A stretch of DNA of 64,000 nt. Origin: Octopus bimaculoides. Lineage: Eukaryota. Shown here piece after piece: positions 26,085 to 39,400 of the stretch. Each line of letters opens with the position of its first letter. The stretch's first letter is position 1. The stretch is from positions 65,743,760 to 65,807,759 of the forward strand of contig NC_068992.1 of NCBI RefSeq assembly GCF_001194135.2, read 5' to 3'. The translations under genes were made by a program, and so were the position numbers. The notes beneath the pieces are model-generated. The model was not told the DNA's origin and did not search any database. It was given only the letters and a program-made list of their open reading frames with translations.

Positions 26085-26255
26085 CACCCCCGCCGCTGCA
26101 ACTGCTAAAAATAGCAGCAAATTTTCTTTGATGTCAAATATCACTGTGTCAAGCCAAGAAGAACACATGGGATAAAGTAGGACTAAAAAGGCGTGATGGT
26201 CGTGGCTAGAGTAGTTTTAATCAATTAAGACCGGCCTGCAGTTAAAAAGAAACTA
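26085..26255 (+). mobile_element. Repeat family D, diverged
   Basis: gctaaaaatagcagcaaatt...gatggtcgtggctagagt...gaccggcctgcagttaaa. Confidence 0.55.
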
Positions 26256-27445
26256 TAACAGTAAAAACAATGAGCCAAACAGCGAGATTTTGTAGCTACC
26301 CGCGACCTACATTGGGACCATCCTATCTTTTATATGAATATAATATGTAAGACTACATTTTACAATATTTTCTTTGCTGTTGTTGTTGTAGTTATTCAGT
26401 TCTTAAGTAGATTTATCATCAATATCTTTCCAGCCGTAACCATTTCATGTGTTTGTCTATCAGACACAACTTTGTGAAAATGCGAACTCTTTTTTTAAAG
26501 GTGGTTGCATCTTGTTACAGTAAGACTTAACACGAGAGAGACCGAACTAGTATTTCTGTGACAAAGAAATTAATTTCGCAACAACGTGGTCTTGAGTTCA
26601 ATCACAATGCGCAGTACATTGGACAATTATCTTCTAAAATAGTCTTGGATCGATCACAGGCGGAAACTACAGAAGCGTATCGGAAGGTTCGCCTCTTTTC
26701 TTACGTGAACACCCTCATTAGTTTCTTAGGCGTTTTAGAGCTGAGGCCCGTCTGTTACAATCATTTTAGGTCGGTTCTCATGTTTGAGTGCAATTCCTTC
26801 CTTCATCCTTCCATCACACTAGTCTCGGAGTCTAAAAATTCTTATGGTGCCGCTTTAAGTCATTTTTTTAAAGAAATGTCATTAAGAAAAAAATTAGAGA
26901 GAGACAGAGAGAGAGAGAAACAGGGAGAGAGAGAGACACACACACAGAGGGGATGGTGATTATGTGGTTGAGTGATGTTCCCTTGATTGGGTGTCATCCT
27001 AACAAGATGGATGGATATAGTAAGAAGACCAATCAATTCTAAACACAACCACCAATCAGAAGAATCTCTTAATTCAGATCTCAACCAAAATCAGCCCCTT
27101 CTTCTTTTCCTCCTCTTCCTCCTCCTCATCCTTCTTCTTCTTCTTCTTCTTCTTCTTCTTCTTCTTCATATAAATCAGTTTTATATAAACGCCATAAATC
27201 AGTTTTACAGTTCAGTGCAAAGGCATCGAATGTTTTATAAGATTCCCCCATCACTACCGCCTCGACACCACCTCCTACTCAAAACACTCGTTCAATTTTT
27301 ATGTCTCCTACAAACGCACTCCTCCTCTCTCGCTCTCTCAAAACCACTCTTGTCTCTAAATAGCATTGCCTCGTAAACTATCCTCTTCCTCACAAATGCT
27401 TCTTTTGCCCCCCACCCCACGCACCCCCTCATCACTCTCGCTTTC

Positions 27446-27514
<69 letters not shown>

Positions 27515-27993
27515 TAAACATGCATAAATATAATCTGAAATGTCAGATAAACCTTTCTTGCGTATTTTTAGTCAACACACAATTTAGTTTCGCTATGAAA
27601 ATACAAAATGGCTGCACCTCTAGTCTTTTCTATCTGTGGCTCCCAAACACAAACACACATTCATTCACACCCACTTTTACATGTGTGTGCTTGTGCATGT
27701 GTAAGTATGTAAGTTTGTGTATGTGTTTCGTTTCGAGGATATATATTTGCATGATTTTGCTTTGTTTTGCAATTGTTTTGTTTGCATGTGTGTATATGCC
27801 TTTGCGTGTAGAAAAAATAGACGCGGTCATGATCGACTGATTAACAAATTCGCTTCGTAGCCATGAGACTCGGGGTTTGATAACACGAAAGAGAACACGT
27901 TTAATCTTGGTCAACTGACCGTACATACAGGATAAAATACATTTCTTTATCGGTGATGCAGTTCTGCTGAATCAAGTTCCCTGCATCGTCAGC

Positions 27994-28007
27994 GTTACTA
28001 TGGCGAC
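27994..28007. promoter_or_regulatory. RFX X-box-like motif GTTACTATGGCGAC
   Basis: Close match to GTTRCCATGGYAAC consensus, next to a CGTCA half-site and TCGCGA; function untested. Confidence 0.3.
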
Positions 28008-29434
28008 TATTTTCCGTCAAAAAAAGTCATTTATCGCGAGTAAATAAAAGCAAAATTAATGAGATTTTATTGCAAATGTTTGCTGAAGATCTTTTCCCAA
28101 TTAATCATTCCGTGTCATGTTTTGTGTAATTATATTTATTAACAACCAATACAATGTGTGGTACACTCGTCTTCTCTATAACAAAAAGTGTGTTGTAGCC
28201 CCGACCTCTGCATTGGGTAAAAAAAATTGTGGAAAACAAATCGAACACTAAAACAAGCGAGGATGTTAAGTGAATGTACTGAAGTCCTATAAAAACACTT
28301 TGGTTGTTCCTCATTCACTTCACAAACAGCGAAGTACCGTAAAAAATCATTTGTTGTGTACAGCTTTGGAGCACAAAACGAGCTACCGACATCATTTGTG
28401 TTTTAGAAACCTTGGCTACCTGCAGGAGAAAGTTACAAACTTGTCCGAAATATTCCCCTTAACCATTTTTGCCGTAGGAAAATTCGCCGAAGAAAATATT
28501 TGCCGCATGGACAATGATAAAGAATATTGTATCAGCGTTTTTTAAGATATCAAAAAATTGTGATAAAAAGTTTTATAAAATCATTATATAGGTATGATTT
28601 TATTCAACGTCAAACATTTAAAAAGTTAAAAAAACGTGATGAGGTCATTTAAAACGTGTGGAAATTCCAAGCAATGGACTTGTATAACTTATTTGAAGAT
28701 CTCAACCAGTTTGGAAAAAAGTCACAAGCTCTCCTATAAGGATATGACCACCACCAGAGATGTATGTATGTATGTATGTATGTATGTATGTATGTATGTA
28801 TGTATGTATAGCTATGCATATCTACATACATAAACACCTCCGTAATCAACAGAAAATGATCATGGTTGAGTATTTGTATCAGCATACTTCGAGCGTATAG
28901 ACGCAGCAACAGGAATTTGGCAATTCCATTGGAATCTTTCTTAGTTCCTCTGAGATATCTGCAATAAAATGTTCTCCCTTCTAAAACTCTGACATGTTCT
29001 CTCTGCTATATCTCCAACGTAATTTCCAAATTGCTGTTAAAGTTATACACAAGGCTGACTGGTTATATAACTTCCGTCAATCGTTCATTGCAAAGCTCAC
29101 ACATTCGGTATTTCGATTTTATCGTCTGCAAGCACATCTTTCAACATGAACAGATGCATACACACAAAGACATACATATGTTCGAGGAAATTACAATACG
29201 CATTTAGCAAAGACACATACGTACATACATAAATGCATATATACACACATACACATGTGTGTGTAGGTCAGGTTTTCCTAAAAGGTATTTGAAACATAAC
29301 CTTATATAAACAGAAACACGAATATATATTTACATATACCTTATACGCAGACAGTCCAACCAATACATATGCCTCTGTGTGTGTGTGTGTGTGTGCATAC
29401 ATATATATGTATGAGTGTCTCTCTGCTTGCGTGC

Positions 29435-29474
<40 letters not shown>

Positions 29475-29496
29475 NNNNNNNNNNTATATGCACACA

Positions 29497-29537
<41 letters not shown>

Positions 29538-29889
29538 CGAGAGACAACACACTGGTAGTTTGATGAGATTCCCGACAGGAAAGGACAGTTCAATCTGAAC
29601 GTATCGATATCAACTTCCGATCACTTCCAATACTTACCACCATCACCAGCACCTCCGCCGCCGCCGCCACCACCGCCACCATCGCTCTATGTCTATTACT
29701 GCTATCAACTACAAGAACAGTAACAACACACCCCGGGTAGTTAATGGAGCGAAACGGCTGTATTGATCACCGGGTTGATAGGATGTTGGCGAGCGGACGG
29801 AATCGGGGTTGAAGTTGATGGCTTTCTACTGATTTAGATGCAAGTCAATTCATGCGGAACGAATATGTATGGGGTACAGCAGGGAAACT

Positions 29890-30240
29890 AATGCTACCAC
29901 CTCCAATACAACTACCGCCAGTGCCACCACCACAACCAACATCGTCACTACCACTATCATCACTAGCGCCACCACTACCACTACTACAAGCACCACTGTC
30001 ACCAACACCACCACCACAACAACCACCAGCACCAACACCCCTACCACCACTACTACTACTACTACCACCACCAGCACAATTACTATAACAACCACTGCCA
30101 CAACTATCAACGCTATCACCACGAGTGTCACCACTACCACAACCATCACCACTACCACCACTACCACAACCATCACCACTACCAACACCATCACATCTGG
30201 TGTATTACCGTAACCACCACCACCTCTACCGCCACTACCA
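29890..30240. repeat. Cryptic (ACC/ACT/ACA)n low-complexity tract
   Basis: Degenerate trinucleotide repeat; similar tracts at 20.56-20.72, 38.08-38.3 and 62.03-62.29 kb. Confidence 0.85.
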
Positions 30241-30279
30241 TTGTTGTCGGGTGTCTCTATGTCATCTCTTGACATGCTA

Positions 30280-30410
30280 GAAATAACAGCTGCAACTCCC
30301 TAAAGTCAAACTCTACCGTCTTAAGAGAACGTCAAAGGGGTGTATATGAGGAAAAATAAGACACGGCAGTCACGGTTGGAATTCCTTTGAATGTAGTTCA
30401 ATCCAGTTTG
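30280..30410 (+). mobile_element. Repeat family D
   Basis: gctagaaataacagctgcaactccc...ctctaccgtcttaag...gacacggcagtcacggttggaattcctttga. Confidence 0.7.
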
Positions 30411-30486
30411 AGCGTCAGACCCCGCCCCTATCCGTGAAGCACCATAAACATTGTTTTCACTCCCGGTCCACTAACGTAGACTTGAT

Positions 30487-30667
30487 TTCCAATTTTGGAA
30501 CAAAACCAGCAATTTCGGAAGTGGGGGTAAATCGATTAGATCGACCCCAGCACTCAGCTGAGAAAGGTGAAGTCGATGCTGCTGGAATTTGAACTCGGAA
30601 CGTAAAGCCGGACAAAATACCGCTATTTTGCCCGGCGCGGTAATGAGTCTTCCAGCACGCCGCCTTC
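30487..30667 (-). mobile_element. SINE family B with internal deletion
   Basis: tcgattagatcgaccccag...aggtgaagtcgatg...atttgaactcggaacgtaaag...cccggcgcgg...cacgccgcc. Confidence 0.8.
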
Positions 30668-31240
30668 AAGCCAGTCGCTTAAATTTGGGGCTAGAATACG
30701 ACATAAAGCAGAAATGAGACGTTATAATACAACACAATTGCCGGTTGCTTCATATATCTAACAATGCTGCACTCCCTTCCTATTAAATCAATAACGAAAT
30801 TTAAGAAATAACAAACAGAGGAGAATTGCACTTTTTAGAACTGTTTTCCCTGATACGTTTGTGTAATATATTGCAGAAATTTCTAGTAAAGAACATAAGA
30901 TATCGTTATCTACATCATCATCATCATAATGAATATCATCATCATCATAATCAACATCATCATCATCATCATCATCAGCAACAACATCAGTAATAACAAG
31001 TGTAGTAACTACGTCAATAACAGAGTTATTTAAGTACAATGTTAGACATTTATTGTACATAAAATAGTGTTGTACCACGTGATGTAGGGGACGTTTAATG
31101 CTCTACAAGATATCATTATTGCTGTAATCTTCTTTTCCTTTTTTCCGCTTCTCTTCTATTTTTTCATTTTGTTTTGTATTTCCAGCATTTTTTAAAAAAT
31201 TTCTTCTGTATTCTTTATGATTATCTTTTGTGTTGTTTAT

Positions 31241-31448
31241 TGGCAGAAACGTTAGAGCGCCAGACAAAAGGTCTTACGGCATCTCTAGGTTTAATTCTTC
31301 ACTTTATGTTCTGTGTTCAAATCCCGCTGGTGTCATCAGCACCTTTTATCTTTCCAGAAGACGATATAGGAAATTTCTGGTTAAGCACGGGGTTTGTCGG
31401 AATCGTCTAATACCTACTTCACAAAAATTCTGACCTTGTTCCGTAATT
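31241..31448 (+). mobile_element. SINE family B, old and diverged
   Basis: tggcagaaacgttagagcgccagac...ttctgtgttcaaatcccgc. Confidence 0.65.
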
Positions 31449-31998
31449 AAAACAATTATTATTGTTCAAATTGTTCTGTTAGATGTTGATTTTTAGGATT
31501 AGTGCTGGAAATGGAATCTGGAGATGGTGATTCCTGTGTGCTTTAGGATTTCTTGATAACGAGACCTTTATCTATGGATACCTTAAAGAGTTAAGAGACT
31601 CGCCAGCGTGAAATCCAGACAATAGAAGTGAGACGCCTCGATAACCGGTTCTAACGGCAGAAATCTTATCTAGAAAGCCTTAGTGGAATAAATGTACAAC
31701 ATTGCTGTTGCGTTGGTGCTTGATGTTTGATTCTTGTTGAGAGATAAAACGGACATCCTCAGATAACAATCGATGTGTCTTGGCACTGACCGAAAATGGG
31801 CTGCTGTGGATAATTACCAAAGCATGCTGCGATTTCCCATCGGCGTCTGAATACAGGAACATCCGGAATATCCCATGGCGTGAGGAGGTTCTGCCGGAAG
31901 TTAACAAATGTGTGTGTGTGTGTGTGCATGTAGGTATGTATGTATGCACAAAAACACACCTACACACACACACATATATATATAAGGGACTTTATATG

Positions 31999-32040
<42 letters not shown>

Positions 32041-32225
32041 TATGTACCCTTTACGTTTATACCTTTCTATCTATATACGCATATATACATTTCTATATCT
32101 ATCCCTACACATCTGTCGAATAATCGATTGGTGTACCTTTCCATTTAGTTCACTAAGTGCGTAGCCGTTTTTCTACCTCTCTATCAATCATTCTATATAC
32201 ATGCATNNNNNNNNNNNNNNNNNNN

Positions 32226-32274
<49 letters not shown>

Positions 32275-32687
32275 ATGTACATATGATTAAATACTACCTT
32301 TGTTTCCTGCCATATGCAATGTGTCTGATTGTCATACCACCACCAACAACTTTCGGCTCAACTCATACAATTACAAACTCAGGGATATGTTCACACGTCC
32401 ATCTGTCTTTCTGTCTCTCTATATAACTATATCTCTTCTCTTTCCCTGTCTCTCGTTGTCTCTCACACTCTTTTTCTTATTCATTTGCTCTGTTTTTCTC
32501 TGTCTCCATCCATTTCTCTATCTTTTTATCTTTGCATCCCATTTTACTTGGTCATCTTTGTTTTCTCATATAACAGGGGCAACCACGTGAACCGGTAAGT
32601 TCGATTGTGAAGCGATGTTGGGGAGGTCAAACACAGACACACAAACATATACACACACATACATGTATATATATATANNNNNNNNNN

Positions 32688-32726
<39 letters not shown>

Positions 32727-33108
32727 TTGACGGCCCTTTCCGAACACATGTAGAGAGAAACACACACAGAAATAAGCACACTCACACATATATTTACTTG
32801 ACATATTAATCTCCAGGCCCGCTCCCGCCGCCCACTATATCAGTGCTTTACTAGAGATTATCTTCTGCACCAGTCGTTCTTTTGGCAATATTCCTGTCTT
32901 CTGAACTCTTCATCCATCCATTTCCTTAAATCTCTATTTCCTCTCCTGAAAATGTCTCTTTTGCATAACTGGCTTGTAAAGACTCTGAAAAACAACAACA
33001 CAAACATATATTCATATAAAATTACACACTGATATATTATTCTTTACACATTCACACAAATTCGGAAAAATTATATATATACATGTATGTATGTATGTAT
33101 GTATTGAC

Positions 33109-33154
<46 letters not shown>

Positions 33155-33489
33155 GTGTATATATATGTGTGTGGGTGTTTATGTATGTTGTATGTATGTA
33201 TATAGGTATCGATGTGTATATATGTAACCAGTATTGAATATTCATTTATTCTTCACTCTACAAACAAGCCAATACGCCACCACCAAACCCACCCCTTACA
33301 TAACCCATTCAATTCTTGGACTAAGTAAAAAAAAAAAAAGATAAACAATACGCAGACCATCATATTTCCGTTCTGTTATCAACATTTTTTGGTGACATGC
33401 CATCAAAGAGAAACTTGAATGTTACCATCTTTCTTATCGATCTGTTATGGTTTCCACTCTCTTGCTACTCTGCGGTCAGTTTTACGACC

Positions 33490-33700
33490 AGTGGTATCTA
33501 GCAACAACGCATGCGCACTCATTACAAAACTACCCGCTGCCAAGATTTATCTATGCTTTCTTTTTCCAGCAACAATATGGCGATCCAGCTAAGTGGATCG
33601 TGGGACAATATGACGGCGGCGAAGGAAGACACGTGGGGTTGAAAGTGCGCCGCGAAATTCAGGCTTCGTTATTACGAGGTTCTGCATTGATCAAGTGTTC
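33490..33700. promoter_or_regulatory. CpG-rich unique island with promoter-type motifs
   Basis: CTAGCAAC (RFX half-site), CGCATGCGCA 33508-33517 (NRF1-like), AATATGGCG 33574-33582 (YY1-like), CACGTG 33630-33635, GCGCCGCGAAA 33647-33657 (E2F-like). Confidence 0.35.
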
Positions 33701-33990
33701 TATGTTATAGTTCGGGGCTGGTCAATATATTGTGACTCGAATTTTGTCGATGGGAAGTCAGGGAAAGCACTTCGCATATACTTACACACACACGCACACA
33801 CATACGCGCGCGCGCATATACATGCATATACACACACGTGACTAAACACATATCAAATTTTGCAGGAATTGAGAAAATGAAAGGGAAATATCCACAACCA
33901 GATTTTGTTACACAAAGCTTTCAGAAATTTCAAAATTTAGCCATTAAAGATAGTTTTAAAGTTAGCTTATAAATACGAGTATAATATATA

Positions 33991-34162
33991 CGAAGGTAGC
34001 ATCAAAAATGTCCCTGACTAGTTCTGCAGTGCGCCAATAGATGACAGCACACGGCTGCGTGCACAATGAGAGCTAGCAATGGCATTCATGAGGCTGTATG
34101 TTGAGCAACGCCGCAGTGTTTCGCACAGTCCACTTTCACCGTTCTTTTATACCATCATGTGA
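33991..34162 (+). mobile_element. Short deletion derivative of the 13.6-kb mariner
   Basis: tatatacgaaggtagcatcaaaaatgtccctgactagtt...gcgccaatagatgacagcacacg...gcacaatgagagctagca matches 13621-13755; ttttataccatcatg resembles the right TIR. Confidence 0.8.
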
Positions 34163-34164
34163 TA

Positions 34165-34720
34165 TTCTGGTTTCATTTCAGGGAATTCTAGCAGAATCAT
34201 TCAAGTTTCGTGACCTCTTTGAGTCGAGAAATTCAGAGATCTTCACAGGATATCCACTGACTTCTTTCTACAAGATATCTGGTTTGTGTTATGCGAATAG
34301 GGAAACGTTTCATTCCACCAAGGTGTGGTTTACTTGGAAATCTTCTTCTTCTGTGAAATCTCTTCAGCAATGTTTGCTTTTATTGGAATTTGGTTAGGAA
34401 GGTAAATGAAGCTTGTCGATTTCTCCAGGGTGTAACTGTTTAATGTAATTATTGCATCACGTATGTGAATAATGAGCGAGGATTGCATGAATAGACTTTA
34501 ATGCATTTGGTTTGCTTGGATTCAATTTCGGAGCTAATTTCCTCTTTGCATCTACTCAAAGGAATTCATGATAGGATGCAGATCTGCAACATACATTGTT
34601 CAGATAACTGCATCATCTATATAATGAATATATTGATGAGTTCGATCTTGATTTTTAGTTATTCGAGATTAAAGAAAACGATTCTATTCTCTGTGATTCC
34701 TGGGTTCCGTAGAGAAAGGA
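34165..34720 (-). mobile_element. Possible highly degenerate APE-type LINE fragment
   Basis: Broken minus-strand peptides NIAEEISQKKKISK*TTPWWNE and ADLHPI resemble the PWWN linker and SDHxPI end of APE; many stops. Confidence 0.25.
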
Positions 34721-34834
34721 TAAAACCTCTTCATACACAAGACGTTTCGAACAAGAAAACATAAAACAACAATCTGAGAACCTTGTTGGTTTATTATCGC
34801 GGTTGCTGTTTTCCCCTTCAATTTTTACGCCCAG

Positions 34835-35272
34835 TAATTATCCCACTGGCCAGTGTTTGGTTTAAAATATTAAACAGAATTAGCAACAATATCAGAGCCT
34901 TGTTTTTTTTTCTCCTTTTGGCTTTTAATGTTGTTGCTATTTATCTCTTCATTTTTTTTACGTCAATACATCCACTAATTACCCCACTGACCAGCGTTTG
35001 GTTTAAAATATTAAACAGAATTAGCAACAATATCAGAGCCTTGTTTTTTTTTCTCTTTTTGGCTTTTAATGTTGTTGCTATTTATCTCTTCATTTTTTTA
35101 CGTCAATACATCTACTAATTATCCCACTGACCAGCGTTTGGTTTAAAATATTAAACAAATTAGCAACAATATTGCAGCCTTCTTTATTTGCTATTATCGT
35201 TGCTATTTTACTCCACAATTTGTGCATAAAAACATCTAATTATGCCATTGATCAGCGTTTGGTTTAAAATAT
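34835..35272. repeat. ~140-bp unit minisatellite, about 3.3 copies
   Basis: taattatcccactg(g/a)ccag(t/c)gtttggtttaaaatatt restarts at 34835, 34976, 35116, 35237. Confidence 0.92.
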
Positions 35273-35892
35273 TTGATATTATCTTGTAGAAACCATAAAA
35301 TTTTAGTGAATTTTCCTGAGGTTGTAAATGTATTTTTAAAAAAATAACTCCAGAGGATTATTCTAGTTTTTTGTCGATAAACTTAATTAAATTAAAGAAA
35401 TTAGGCTTCGTGTGTTTACTTACACAAGACAACATATATACATGACGAGGACGTCAACCAGCTATATTTGTATATTCACGGCACATTCTATTAATACTGT
35501 ACATAATTATTGTCCAACCATTAAACTTGTACCATTATGTAAATCAGTCACAAGTGTTGTTTGTATTTCTGCCATTATCATCGACAGTTTCGGAGAAATA
35601 AAGAGAGAAATGTCTTGATGAATTGTAAAATAACTGTGAATCTAGTTCAGTTGATAACCTCAGCTGCCACAAAAACACCCGCTTGGCTCTAGTTTCATAT
35701 CTTCTCTAAACACGTATGAGCTGTTTATTAATTCATACATAATCCGCCCCACTAACAGTATATTAGTGATAAATAATATATCAACGAAAGGCTTGGAAAG
35801 ACGTTGTTTCGTGTGATTTCTCTCGTATTCGCCATACTGACGATGTCATATAAGCAGCTACACACACACGCGCGCGCACCTTTGGGAAGGTG

Positions 35893-36225
35893 GAGAGCCC
35901 CACCTTGGACAATTTTTTTAACCGAACACATCGACCTTCAGTATCTTATTTTCTTTAAAGCCTGGTAATTCTATCGGCCTGTTCGTCGAACCGATAAGAT
36001 ACAGGGACGTCAATACACCGGTTGCCAACTGGAGACAGACAAACAGACACACACACACACACACACACAAACGTGTACATATATATATGACGGACTTCTT
36101 TCGGCTTCCGTCTACGAAATCCACTGTCAGACGCTGTAGTAGACTTTGCCCAAGGAGCAACACAGTGAGATTGAACCTAAAACCATGTGGTTTGGAAGCA
36201 AGCTTCTTACCACAGAGCCACGCGT
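35893..36225 (-). mobile_element. SINE family C, near full length with internal (CA)n(TA)n
   Basis: Head aaccatgtggtttggaagcaagcttcttaccacagagccac, body gacggacttctttcggcttccgtctac, tail aaagcctggtaattctatcggcc. Confidence 0.88.
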
Positions 36226-36336
36226 TTGCCTAAAAAATCATAAATTAACTGTTCTGAATGTAGTAGCAGTGATTGCAAAGGTGGTGGTGGTATTTTGTTA
36301 GTCAACTTGTTAATAGAGCTGGTAGTAGTAGTAGTG

Positions 36337-36391
<55 letters not shown>

Positions 36392-37265
36392 CAGTAGCAG
36401 TAGTAGTAGTAGTAGTAGTGGTAGCAGTAGCAGTAGTAGTAGTAGACATTGCAGTAGTTATGGTTGTCACAGTTGCGGCTGTAGTGTTAGTGACGCGGTA
36501 GCTGTGTTTGAGGTAGGAGAGATTATAGTAATGCTTAGATACGTAGTCGGTGTTGTTGTTGATAGCTCTGATTGATGTAGCAGTACGAATAGTAGTAGTG
36601 GTAGTGGTAGTGGTGGTGGTGGTGNNNNNNNNNNTACATACACACACACACACACATATACATATAGACACACACACACACACACATCTATACACACACA
36701 TCCATACACTCACACATACATATGTATATAGACACAGAACGTGTATGCATAGATATGTATGTGTGTGTGTGTGCGTGTGTATGTGTGTGCGTGTGTGTGT
36801 ATGTGTATGCAAGCGTGTGTGTAGCTTTCGTATACTTTTCGTTTTGTAGGAGGCAGTGGGTGGTACGCTTAAGCCGCTTGCTTCGAAGTTATATGGTTNN
36901 NNNNNNNNGGTGGTGGAGGTGTTGGTGGTGCTGTGATTAATAGACGGTTTAAATTAAAGACAGTCGCTAGAACACATACACACACACATATCCACACAAA
37001 CGCACGTAAAATACAACGGTCACACAAATACACACAGACACCAATATACATACATACACACACACACACACATATACATATAGACACACACACACACACA
37101 CATCTATACACACACATCCATACACTCACACATACATATGTATATAGACACAGAACGTGTATGCATAGATATGTATGTGTGTGTGTGTGCGTGTGTATGT
37201 GTGTGCGTGTGTGTGTATGTGTATGCAAGCGTGTGTGTAGCTTTCGTATACTTTTCGTTTTGTAG

Positions 37266-37435
37266 GAGGCAGTGGGTGGTACGCTTAAGCCGCTTGCTTC
37301 GAAGTTATATGGTTTTGAGTTCAATCTCATTGTCTGGCATCTTGCGCTAGTAGCTCCGCTTTTAGCCCCGGGCCGATTAATGCATTACGAGTGAAATCGC
37401 TAGACGAAAACTGAAAGAAGCCCGTCGTATGTACA
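37266..37435 (+). mobile_element. SINE family C, 5' half
   Basis: gcttgcttcgaagttatatggttttgagttcaatctc...gacgaaaactgaaagaagcccgtcgtat. Confidence 0.8.
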
Positions 37436-37665
37436 TACATACATGCGCACGTACGTTTATATGCATGCGTGTATATATTGCAAAAATATATGTAAAATAT
37501 AATAGAAATATCAGAAGAGTTTACAGACGAAGGGAAAATACAGCACAGACATATGTGCACAAGTCGGATCCTTTCGTCAGTTGCCAATTAGTACTCATAA
37601 CAATTTTGACACCGTATTGTGTGTAATTTTATTTATATATATTAAGGTGTATATACATACAGACA

Positions 37666-37703
<38 letters not shown>

Positions 37704-37864
37704 TACACACAAACACACACAATTGCAAACACACCGGCTGCCTCCACCAGCCGCACCACTAGCATCAGCCTCCGTCAGCACCGCCAGCCGGCCACCGCTT
37801 CCGCTTTTGCAGTTACAGCTTATGATGAGGTCGTCGGCTTTGATGGTGATGATGGTGATGATGA

Positions 37865-37909
<45 letters not shown>

Positions 37910-38525
37910 TCATGATGATGATGATGATGATGAAGATGCCATAGCTATTATTATTTTCCAGCTCTGCAGGCACTGTTTTTAGTGATTCTGGTAATTTGGT
38001 GAAGGAATTGAATTAGGAACGACACTTTATAAAATTTGAATGGGGAACTAGTTAAAAAGAAAAGCTACAAAAAATGTTAATAGTAATAACACCACCAGTA
38101 CTGCCACCACCACCTTTACTGCCGCCACCATCACCACCACTACCACCACCATCGCCACCAGCATTCCTACCACTAACACTACAGCTGCATTCACTTCTCA
38201 CACGACACCATTCCAACCACGACCACAACAGTTGACATTTCTAGTTTTTTCTACCACCACCACCACCGCCACCACTACAACCACGAACGACAATAACATC
38301 AACATCAATATATAACTGACAACGTTAAACGGAGTGTTTTTCATTGATAGCAAAGAATGGTCATCAAAAGATTCTTTTTGGTTTTTCTTTAAGGCTCAAA
38401 GAGAGAAATAATTCTTCGCTAGAAAGAGAATGCAGTCGTTTAAATCGAACCGAATACATGACTGGTACATATTTGGCGTAAGTTGTCGAAGGATATAAAC
38501 CAAAATTGCCTCGAGCTGACATTAC

Positions 38526-38795
38526 GGCCCTCCGTCGGTTACGACGACGAGGGTTCCAGTTGATCTAATCAACGGAACAGCCTGCTCGTGAAATTAACGT
38601 GCAAGTGGCTGAGCACTCCACAGATACGCGTACCCTTATCGTAGTGTGACAATGCTGGCCCTTTGAAATACATGTACAAGAGAAACAGGAAGAATGAGTG
38701 AGAGAAAGTTGTGGTGAAAGAGTATAGCATGGTTTGCCACCACCCTCTGGTGGAGCCTCGTGGAGCTTTAGGTGTTTTCCACTCAATAAATACAC
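38526..38795 (-). mobile_element. SINE family A, long-body variant, head lost
   Basis: Colinear with 7501-7795. Confidence 0.87.
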
Positions 38796-39119
38796 ATATA
38801 TATATATATATATATATACATACATAAGATCTCTTTGTAGGTTACATTTTGTGGTATCTTGGTNNNNNNNNNNNNNNNNNNNNNNNNNNNNNNNNNNNNN
38901 NNNNNNNNNNNNNNNNNNNNNNNNNNNNNNNNNNNNNNNNNNNNNNNNNNNNNNNNNNNNNNNNNNNNNNNNNNNNNNNNNNNNNNNNNNNNNNNNNNNN
39001 NNNNNNNNNNNNNNNNNNNNNNNNNNNNNNNNNNNNNNNNNNNNNNNNNNNNNNNNNNNNNNNNNNNNNNATATATATATATATATATATATATACATAC
39101 ATAAGATCTCTTTGTAGGT

Positions 39120-39400
39120 TACATTTTGTGGTATCTTGGTCCGGGAAGCTGTTGTTCGCTGACATATATCCAGGTGTAGGTGGCTTATCTGGTATCCCTA
39201 GAAAACTTTTGTCCATGTTACGTTTGAAGCTGATTGGATATCTTTCTTGTTTGTTTCGAAAGGCCAACAGAGATCTAATCCGAAGGACTTATATGAAATG
39301 CATGAGAAGTCTTCAGATAAAGTGACAATCGCATGAGAGAATGCATTAAACTGCAAAGCACATTGAAGTCCCAAATTGACGAACTATTTGTAAAAGTTCC
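39120..39400 (-). mobile_element. Degenerate 3' end of a CR1-group-like LINE ORF
   Basis: SFKRNMDKSFLGIPDKPPTPGYMSANNSFPDQ resembles the FKxxLDxFLxxIPDxPxxPGY...NSL terminus of such LINEs. Confidence 0.5.

Noticed and set aside
29869-30213. Thr-rich mucin-like ORF
   Set aside because: Cryptic trinucleotide repeat; several similar tracts occur in the window without splice support
31480-31900. Possible RTE-like LINE remnant
   Set aside because: No frame gave a recognisable motif
33577-33690. In-frame TGA read as selenocysteine (MAIQ...TWG*KCAAKF)
   Set aside because: No selenoprotein CxxU motif and no SECIS identified
36635-36898. Exact ~264-bp duplicate of 37051-37314
   Set aside because: Bounded by two 10-N gaps and splits a (GGT)n tract; most likely a misplaced contig
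38811-39139. Same ~60 bp on both sides of an N-gap
   Set aside because: Overlap left by scaffolding; probable artifact
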